Source: Microgenomates group bacterium ADurb.Bin219 (GTDB taxonomy: Bacteria; Patescibacteriota; Microgenomatia; UM-FILTER-40-11). Taken from it: 64,000 nucleotides of DNA. Both the position numbers and the translations under genes were made by a program. This document shows positions 1 through 7,345 of the stretch, piece by piece. Location: NCBI GenBank assembly GCA_002069945.1, contig MWCH01000001.1, forward strand, positions 4,252 to 68,251, written 5' to 3'. The number at the start of each line of letters is the position of its first letter. Within the stretch, counting starts at the first letter, position 1. The notes beneath the pieces were generated by a model, which searched no databases, was not told the DNA's origin, and was given only the letters and a program-made list of their open reading frames with translations.

Positions 1-1092
1 TCGCAAAGCTTGGCCAAGCGGGCAACCAGATTACCCAATCCGTTGGCCAGATCGGCATTGTATTTTTCCGTTAATTTTTTCCAGCCTACGTCACTGTCGT
101 TATTTTCCGGAAAAGAAGAGGCGATCAAATAGCGGGTTGCGTCAACGCCGAATTTTTCCAGTAATTGTTGGGGGGAAATAACATTGCCCAGCGACTTGCT
201 CATTTTTTGATTATCAATCGTATAAAAATTGTGAGCGAAGATTTCTTTGGGTAAAGCCAGGCCGGCGGCAATTAACAGGGCTTCCCAAATAGCGCCGTGG
301 AACCAAAGAATTTCTTTTCCCAAAAGATGAAGGTCGGCCGGCCAAAAAGATCCCCGGCCGGTTATTTTTGTCGCCGTATAATAATTAAACAAAGCTTCCA
401 CCCAGACATAAACGGTTTGGGTTTTGTCCCAGGGAACGGGAATTCCCCAACTGACTTCCGCCCGGGAGATACTCAGGTCGTTGATCCCGGCTTTCAGTTT
501 AGCCAAAACCTCGGTTTTTTTACTTTCCGGGGAAATCCGGTAATGGTAAGGACTGTTTTCGTTCTCCAGCGCTTCAATAAGAATAGGCGCATAGCGGGAA
601 AGTTTAAAAAAGTAATTTTCTTCGGATTGTTTTACAACTTCCCGATTGGGATGAAGCGGGCACTTGCCGTCAAACAATTCGGTCTCCGTGATGAACTTTT
701 CACAACCAATGCAATAAAGGCCGGTGTATTTTGCCTTGTAGATATCGCCGTTTTTGTAGATTTTTTCCAAAATATCCTGAACAATTTTTTCATGGTCCGG
801 ATTGGTTGTCCGGATAAAATAATCGTATTCAATATTTAACTTCGGCCAGATATCGGAAAAAGTCTTTGACACCCTATCGCAAAATTCTTTTGGCGGAAGA
901 CCTTCTTTTTTGGCCGCCTCGGCGACTTTGGCTCCGTGTTCGTCCGTTCCGGTCAGAAAAAAGACTTCGTCCCCGATTAGCTTGTGGTATCGGCTAAGGA
1001 TATCCGCTATAACCGTTGTACAGGTATGGCCGATATGGGGAATGTCGTTGACGTAATAAATCGGCGTGGTGAGATAAAACTTGTTTGCCATA
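1..1092 (-). CDS. metG: Methionyl-tRNA synthetase, N-terminal part; the gene continues past the window start
   Basis: My translation of the minus strand from the ATG at 1092 gives MANKFYLTTPIYYVNDIPHIGH, which contains the class I HIGH motif. It also gives FYTIDNQKMSKSLGN (the KMSKS motif) and a C-x-x-C knuckle. This gene is absent from the supplied ORF track because it runs off the window edge. The track ORF 297..839(+) lies antisense to it. Confidence 0.85.
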
Positions 1093-1182
1093 GCCGTATT
1101 TTAACCTAAAGCGAGGCTCTTTTCAAAGAAGAGATTCTTTGCCCTGAAGCCGGGATTATGTTGTATTTTGGGAAGGTTGGTT

Positions 1183-1542
1183 TTAGCTAAAAAGTTGTTT
1201 AATTTTGGAAGACCATTTTTCCGCCCATTCATCTGCCTCAACTTTATTCAAGGCCAACTTAAGACCGCTTTTTTTAATCCATTTGGCGGTTTGGGAAATG
1301 GTGGCGCTGGAAACTCCCAGTTCTTCTCTGATTTTGGAATAGCTGACTCCTTCTTTAAGCAATTTTGCCAAATAAATTTTTTTGGCGATTGAGGCAATTT
1401 CGGTTTGGGGAATAACTACCGGCAAGATTTCCTCGGCTTCTTCGGGAGTTTTAATATCGGCAATCAGCTGGTAAAAAGTATTAAGAAAAGGAGAAGCCTT
1501 TTTTTCTTTTTTAACCAAAGATTTTTTAATTCCCTTTTTCAT
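1183..1542 (-). CDS. Small DNA-binding protein, TrpR/YerC-YecD-like helix-turn-helix
   Basis: The 119-aa product contains the segment SKIREELGVSSATISQTAKWIKKSG, which looks like a helix-turn-helix. I assigned the family from memory of TrpR-related proteins and did not search. Confidence 0.45.
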   Translation of the reverse strand: MKKGIKKSLVKKEKKASPFLNTFYQLIADIKTPEEAEEILPVVIPQTEIASIAKKIYLAKLLKEGVSYSKIREELGVSSATISQTAKWIKKSGLKLALNKVEADEWAEKWSSKIKQLFS

Positions 1543-1615
1543 TTTTTTGTTTCAACAAAAAACCCCTTTCGAGGCAGTTAGGTAGTTTAAAGATAACATT
1601 ATCCTTAGGTTTATG

Positions 1616-1981
1616 TCAAGGGTTTTTGTTTTTTCGGGAAAAGTAGAGTTCCAGACAGACAATAATTCCTATCAAAAGAAGGATATTTAAAGGGTAAGCC
1701 TGTTTTATCAGGCGAAGCAGTAAAAAGCCGGCAATAAAAAGACTAGTCAAAAAACCTTTTCTGGTGTTGGAAAAGATAAAGGCGAGAGTAAGGGTAAGAG
1801 ATAGTGTCAGGGTGAAAAAAAATAAAATAAGAGAGAAGGGAATATCAAATGAAAAATGAAAAATGAAAAATGAAAAATGTTGATCGGGAGAAATATTAAA
1901 GACAACATAAAACCACAGTAACCAAAGAAAAAGGTTAAGAATAAAAGTTAATAAAAAATTTCTGCGGCGTTTTAGCGGCAT
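1616..1981 (-). CDS. Hypothetical small polytopic membrane protein
   Basis: The 121-aa product is highly hydrophobic, and part of it (FFIFHFSF) is encoded by a tandem AATGAAA repeat. It might be a gene remnant. Confidence 0.35.
   Translation of the reverse strand: MPLKRRRNFLLTFILNLFLWLLWFYVVFNISPDQHFSFFIFHFSFDIPFSLILFFFTLTLSLTLTLAFIFSNTRKGFLTSLFIAGFLLLRLIKQAYPLNILLLIGIIVCLELYFSRKNKNP
1848..1880. repeat. Tandem heptamer repeat (AATGAAA) of about 4.5 units inside the small membrane ORF
   Basis: Read directly from the sequence: aaatgaaaaatgaaaaatgaaaaatgaaaaatg. Confidence 0.7.
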
Positions 1982-2077
1982 GCGTTAGTGATTACTAGAC
2001 TTCGGACAGTGAACTCGAATAAGGGAAATCTATTAATCTTCAATTTAAGATTAACAAAACCATGATAAAATAGATAC

Positions 2078-3118
2078 ATGACAAAGGAAATTTATTTGCT
2101 TTTCGCCTTGGTAATAGGATTAATAGGCCTAATCGGATATTTTATTAACAAAAAACTTTCCGAAGTTGCTCAGGGTTCCCAGCAAGACCAGGTTTTGACC
2201 GAGTGGCTTAAGACCATGCAATCTTCGCTTGACAATACCACCAAAACTTTAAATTCAGCGCTTTCCTCTACCAGTAAGAACCTTTCCGATACTTTGCAGA
2301 AAGGCAATCAGGACTTAAACCAAAGACTTGATAATGCCGCCCGGTTAATGTCGCAAATTCAAAAAGATGCCGGTCGGTTTGCCGAGCTTTCGCTTTCAAT
2401 GAAAAATTTGCAGGATTATTTAAAGTCGCCGAAATTAAGAGGCAACATTGGCGAGGAGGTTTTAAAAGATCTGATTTCCCAAATGTTTCCCAAAAATTCT
2501 TTTTTTCTCCAGTATTCTTTTAAATCTGGAGACAAAGTTGACGCGGCTATCAAAACCGATGCCGGCATTTTGCCGATTGATTCAAAGTTCCCCGCGGAAA
2601 ATTTCCAAAAAATGCTGGCGGCGGAAAACGATACGGAGAAAGAAGATTGGCGCCGGGAATTTATCAAGGATGTCAAAAAACATATTACCGATATTTCCAA
2701 AAAATATATTTTACCCGAGGAAGGGACGATGGATTTTGCCCTGATGTATATTCCCTCGGAGCCGATTTATTACGAGGTGGTAAATTTATTGGAACTGACG
2801 GATTTTGCCCGGAAAAACCGCGTCTATCCGGTTTCTCCCAATACTTTGTATGCCAATTTACAGGTGATTTTATTGTCTTTTCAGGGAAAAGAGATTGAAA
2901 AAAGAACCAAACAGGTTTTTGTTTTAATGAGGGCAATTCAAAAAGACTACACCAAAATTACCGACGAGCTTTCGGTTCTTAACCGCCACATTACCAACTC
3001 CTATAATCAGATGGCCAACGTTAATTCCGGCTTTGCCCTAATGGGCCAGAAATTATCTTCAACTCAAGCTTTGGGAGAAATAAAAGAGGAAAAAGGAAAA
3101 GGAGAGAACAGAGAGTAG
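2078..3118 (+). CDS. rmuC: DNA recombination protein RmuC-like
   Basis: The product has an N-terminal transmembrane segment, a long coiled-coil (Q/L/N-rich) and a conserved C-terminal region (GNIGEEVLKDLISQMFP ... DFALMYIPSEPIYYEV) typical of RmuC. Confidence 0.75.
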   Translation: MTKEIYLLFALVIGLIGLIGYFINKKLSEVAQGSQQDQVLTEWLKTMQSSLDNTTKTLNSALSSTSKNLSDTLQKGNQDLNQRLDNAARLMSQIQKDAGRFAELSLSMKNLQDYLKSPKLRGNIGEEVLKDLISQMFPKNSFFLQYSFKSGDKVDAAIKTDAGILPIDSKFPAENFQKMLAAENDTEKEDWRREFIKDVKKHITDISKKYILPEEGTMDFALMYIPSEPIYYEVVNLLELTDFARKNRVYPVSPNTLYANLQVILLSFQGKEIEKRTKQVFVLMRAIQKDYTKITDELSVLNRHITNSYNQMANVNSGFALMGQKLSSTQALGEIKEEKGKGENRE

Positions 3119-3186
3119 AGCAAGAGTAGATATTTCTTTTTTCTTTTACTCAAACCTCTTTTTCTCTGATGTAAGTTATATTAGTT

Positions 3187-6100
3187 ATGGAAGAGAAAAA
3201 ATTAAACCAAGAACAGATTGAGGCGGTTCACTTCGGAAAAGGACCGCTTTTGATTATTGCCGGCGCCGGAACGGGGAAGACAACGGTTATTACGGAAAGA
3301 ATCAAACATTTAATTACTTCGGGTTTGGCTAAGCCTTCGGAAATTCTCGCCTTAACTTTTACGGAGAAAGCAGCCAAAGAAATGGAAGAGAGAGTTGATG
3401 TTGCCCTGCCGCTTGGTTATACGCAGATGTGGATTATGACCTTTCACTCTTTCTGTGATCGCGTTTTACGTGACGAGGCGGTTCATATTGGTTTGGACTC
3501 CCGGTATAAATTGATGACCGAAGCGGAATCAATCATGTTTTTGCGAAAAAATCTTTTTAAGTTTGATTTAAATTATTTTTGTCCCTTGGGCAATCCGAAT
3601 AAGTTTATTGATGGGATGCTGAAACATTTCAGCAGGTTGAAGGATGAAGACGTAGCGCCAGAAAATTATTTACTGTATGCTAAAAATTTTCCGGAGAAGT
3701 TAAAAGTTGAAAGTGAAGAAGCAAAGAAATATTGGGAATTGGCGGGAGCATATAAAACTTATGAAGAAATGAAAGTAAAGGAAGGAGTAATGGATTTTGG
3801 CGACTTGATAACCAATACCTTAAAATTGTTCCGCCAAAGACAAAACGTTTTAAAACAATATCAAGACAGATTTAAATATCTTTTGGTTGATGAGTTTCAG
3901 GATACCAATTATGCTCAAAACGAATTGGTTTTGCTTTTGGCAGGAGAAAAGAAAAATTTGACCGTGGTTGCCGATGACGATCAATGTCTACCTTTGGGAA
4001 CTTTAATTTCTACTTCAAAGGGGGATAAAAGAATTGAGGAAATAAAAAAAAAGGAAAAGGTCATAACCGCTGTAGGGAAAGGATATACTTCATTTTCTGT
4101 CGTCACCCATATATTCAAGACAAAAAAGAAGAGTAGATTTTTAAAATTAGTTACCGATAAGGGAACCCAGATAACTCTTACCGATAACCATAAAATGTTT
4201 TGTCTGGTTCCCAATAGAGTTTACGGAAAAAAGAAATATTTTTACATTTATCTTATGGAAAGAGTTGGTTTGGGGTGGAGATTGGGAGTGACTAATGATT
4301 TATGCCAACGCTTAAAACTGGAAAGATCAGCGGATAGAATAATTGCGATAAGGGCTTGTCAGACAGAGGAGGAGGCAAGATATTTTGAAACTTTTTACTC
4401 TTTGGTTTACCACATTCCCACAATATGTTTTAAGCCTCGGCGCCGGACGATAATTAAAGGCGCTTGGATGGAAAAATTGTTCAAGGAAATCGATACCGAA
4501 ACGAACGTTCAAACTTTAGCTAAAGATTTGGGAATTGATTTACGAGGACATCATTTTTGTTTAGGAGCGGTAATAAGAGGCCGGCAAAGAAGAGTAAAAA
4601 TAAATTTAAGAATTTGTAAAAGAAACTATCGGACAAAATATGCCCTCGGCAGATATTTATCTAATCCTTCAGTCCTTCATGAGATAAACATTGAAACTTC
4701 TGACAAAAAAGTGACGAGTAAATTAAAAAAAGAGGGTTATAAAATTCTTAGAGCAAAAAAAGGCGATAGGGTAAGAATTTCTTTTGGAAATTTGGATCGG
4801 GCAGAAGAAGAGATAAACAAATTAATGATTCTTACGGGAGGGATTTTAGACGTGAAGTTTGATGTTGGGAAAAGAAATAAATATGCGAGACAAGCACAAA
4901 CAATGGCGGCAGGAAACGTCTTGCCGGGTTTTTATATTCCGGTGTTAAAGGATTATCAAATAGAGTATGAAATGGTCGTTAAAAGAGAAGAGTTTGTCAA
5001 AGAGAATTTTGTTTATGATTTAGAAGTTGCAAGGACTCATAACTATGTCGCTAACGGTGTAGTTGTCCACAATTCAATTTACAAATGGAGGGGCGCCGCA
5101 ATTTCTAACGTTATCCAATTAAGAAAAAGAATTCCCGAAACGAAAATTGTTGTTTTAACCAAAAACTACCGTTCAAATCAGAAAATTTTGGACAAAGCCT
5201 ATCGGTTAATTCAAAATAATAATCCCGACCGGTTGGAGGTTAAAGAAAAGATTGATAAAAAGTTAGTGGCGATGAGAAATATTAGGGGCGTTGGGGAGGT
5301 TGGGGATGTTAAGTTGATACACGCAGACAGAGTGGAGAATGAGGCGGAAGAAGTAGCGAAGGAAATTAGTTCTTTAATAAACGGTAAACAGTTAGCGGAA
5401 AGCGGAAGCTACCGGTTTAAAGATTTTGCGATTTTGGTGAGGGCCAATAATCACGCGGATGCTTTTATCCGGGCATTGGCCCGCCGGGGAATTCCTTACC
5501 AATTTTTGGGGCCGGGGATGCTTTTCCGCCAACCCGAAGTTAAAGATTTAATCGCTTATCTGGAAGTTTTGTATAATTTTGAAGATTCGGTTGCCCTTTA
5601 CAGAATTTTGGCGATGGATTTTTTCGCTCTTTCCGGACGGGACTTGGCCGCCATAAATAACTTTGCCCGTAAAAATAATCTCTCTTTATTTGAAGCTTGC
5701 GAGAAAATTGTCAACAATAATTCGGTGATAAGCGAAGAGTCAATAGAAATCGTAAGAAAGCTGGTGGAAATGATTCACCGCCATCTGGATTTGGTAAAAA
5801 AGGAAACCGCCGGACAAATTATTTATAATTTTTTGGAAGAAAGCGGGTTACTTAAAGGCCTGACCGAGTATAAATCGGTCGGCGACGAAAGAAAAGCCAA
5901 TAATATCGCCAAATTTTTTGACAAGCTGCGTTCTTATGAAGTTGATCACGAGGACGCTTCGGTAGCGGCAGTGGTTGATTGGATAAATTTATCAATGGAA
6001 TTGGGCGAGTCGCCCCGGGCGGCCGATATTGACTGGACGGAAAACGACGCGGTTAATATTTTAACCGTTCACTCGGCCAAAGGTTTGGAATTTCCGGTTG

Positions 6101-7206
6101 TCTTTTTGGTCAATTTGGTCGGCCAGCGTTTTCCGACCACGGAAAGAAAGGAGCAGATTCCCCTTCCGGAAGAATTGATAAAAGAAATTTTGCCGGAAGG
6201 CGACTATCATCTTCAGGAAGAAAGAAGGCTTTTTTATGTTGGGATGACCAGGGCGAAAGACCGGCTTTATTTGACGGCAGCCGATTATTACGGAGAAGGA
6301 AAAAGAGAAAAGAAAATTTCGCCTTTTGTTTACGAGGTATTGGGAGAAGAGACGGTTAATAACAAACAGTTAACCGTCAACAGTAATCAGATGTCTATCT
6401 TTGATTTCAAACCAGCCCAGGAGTCAAAATCTCCAATTACCAATCAACAATCACCAATTACTTATCTTTCTTATTCTCAGATTGACACTTTTAACATCTG
6501 CCCTTTGCAATACAAATATAAATTTATTTTAAGAATTCCGACACCTCCTTCCGGAGCGGCCGCTTTCGGCAGCGCCATTCACGAAACAATGCGCGATTTT
6601 TACCAAAGGATTTTGGCGGGACAAGACCCGACCCAAGAAGATCTTTTAAAGATTTTGGCGGAAAATTGGGTTTCTTTGGGTTATTCTTCCAAAAACCAGG
6701 AAGAAAAATATAAAAGAGAGGGAGAAAAAATTCTCCGGGCTTTTTATGAAAAAACTTACGACCGAAAGACGAAACCGAAATGCTTGGAGCAGGTTTTTTC
6801 GGTTAAAATTTCTTCCGGGTTAAAAATCGGAGGAAAAATTGACCGAATTGATTTAACGGAACAGGGAGTTGAAGTCATTGACTATAAAACAGGCAGTGCC
6901 TCTTCCAAAAAGGACGTTGCTAAGGATTTGCAATTGACAATTTATGCTTTGGTGGCGACCGACGGCACTTTGGAATATATGGGAATTTTAGACAAAACTC
7001 CCCTGCCGGAAGAAGTTAAAGTTTCCTTTTATTTTTTTGACAACCAGGAAAAAGTATCGGCCGTCAGGACCAGAGAGGAATTGGAACAGGTAAAAAAGGA
7101 GTTAATCGCCAAAGCGGAAGAGATTTACAAAAGTGATTTTTCGCCCTCGCCGGGAAAGATGTGCGATTTTTGCGACTACAGACTTTTATGTGAAGCCTGG
7201 AGATAA
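3187..7206 (+). CDS. UvrD/PcrA-family helicase with a C-terminal Cas4/AddB-like PD-(D/E)XK nuclease domain, interrupted by an intein in helicase motif III
   Basis: Walker A is AGAGTGKTT and motif II is LLVDEFQDTN. Motif III is split as VADDDQ | intein | SIYKWRGAA. The downstream helicase motifs are present. The C-terminus has four cysteines in RecB/Cas4 Fe-S arrangement (NICPLQYKYK ... CDFCDYRLLCEAW) and catalytic-type residues (IDYKTG ... QLTIY). Confidence 0.85.
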   Translation: MEEKKLNQEQIEAVHFGKGPLLIIAGAGTGKTTVITERIKHLITSGLAKPSEILALTFTEKAAKEMEERVDVALPLGYTQMWIMTFHSFCDRVLRDEAVHIGLDSRYKLMTEAESIMFLRKNLFKFDLNYFCPLGNPNKFIDGMLKHFSRLKDEDVAPENYLLYAKNFPEKLKVESEEAKKYWELAGAYKTYEEMKVKEGVMDFGDLITNTLKLFRQRQNVLKQYQDRFKYLLVDEFQDTNYAQNELVLLLAGEKKNLTVVADDDQCLPLGTLISTSKGDKRIEEIKKKEKVITAVGKGYTSFSVVTHIFKTKKKSRFLKLVTDKGTQITLTDNHKMFCLVPNRVYGKKKYFYIYLMERVGLGWRLGVTNDLCQRLKLERSADRIIAIRACQTEEEARYFETFYSLVYHIPTICFKPRRRTIIKGAWMEKLFKEIDTETNVQTLAKDLGIDLRGHHFCLGAVIRGRQRRVKINLRICKRNYRTKYALGRYLSNPSVLHEINIETSDKKVTSKLKKEGYKILRAKKGDRVRISFGNLDRAEEEINKLMILTGGILDVKFDVGKRNKYARQAQTMAAGNVLPGFYIPVLKDYQIEYEMVVKREEFVKENFVYDLEVARTHNYVANGVVVHNSIYKWRGAAISNVIQLRKRIPETKIVVLTKNYRSNQKILDKAYRLIQNNNPDRLEVKEKIDKKLVAMRNIRGVGEVGDVKLIHADRVENEAEEVAKEISSLINGKQLAESGSYRFKDFAILVRANNHADAFIRALARRGIPYQFLGPGMLFRQPEVKDLIAYLEVLYNFEDSVALYRILAMDFFALSGRDLAAINNFARKNNLSLFEACEKIVNNNSVISEESIEIVRKLVEMIHRHLDLVKKETAGQIIYNFLEESGLLKGLTEYKSVGDERKANNIAKFFDKLRSYEVDHEDASVAAVVDWINLSMELGESPRAADIDWTENDAVNILTVHSAKGLEFPVVFLVNLVGQRFPTTERKEQIPLPEELIKEILPEGDYHLQEERRLFYVGMTRAKDRLYLTAADYYGEGKREKKISPFVYEVLGEETVNNKQLTVNSNQMSIFDFKPAQESKSPITNQQSPITYLSYSQIDTFNICPLQYKYKFILRIPTPPSGAAAFGSAIHETMRDFYQRILAGQDPTQEDLLKILAENWVSLGYSSKNQEEKYKREGEKILRAFYEKTYDRKTKPKCLEQVFSVKISSGLKIGGKIDRIDLTEQGVEVIDYKTGSASSKKDVAKDLQLTIYALVATDGTLEYMGILDKTPLPEEVKVSFYFFDNQEKVSAVRTREELEQVKKELIAKAEEIYKSDFSPSPGKMCDFCDYRLLCEAWR
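3985..5073 (+). mobile_element. Intein of 363 aa, probably carrying an endonuclease/linker domain, inserted in UvrD motif III
   Basis: It starts with Cys (CLPLGTLIS, block A) and has block B LTDNHKMF (TxxH). The C-terminal block is FVYDLEVARTHNYVANGVVVHN, followed by the +1 Ser of the extein (SIYKWRGA). Removing it restores the canonical DDDQSIYxWRGA motif. Confidence 0.8.
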
Positions 7207-7345
7207 GGACGGTGCTGGAGTGGTTACGGAAGAGGGAAACGGGAAAGAAAGTTAGATAAAGAGCGAGGAAGAATTCTTTAGGAAATTAAAAAGGAAAGCC
7301 TAAAGACTGTTTTTCTGATTCCCGGGAAGATTTGATAAACCCTCC

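Noticed and set aside
297-839. 180-aa plus-strand ORF in the track
   Set aside because: It lies entirely antisense to the well-supported metG coding region, which has HIGH/KMSKS motifs. It has no motifs of its own. It is a typical spurious antisense ORF.
3187-7206. Possibility that the 1339-aa ORF is two genes (helicase + endonuclease) or a frameshifted pseudogene
   Set aside because: The reading frame is continuous. The inserted segment has intein terminal blocks, and its removal restores helicase motif III exactly. This supports a single intein-containing gene.
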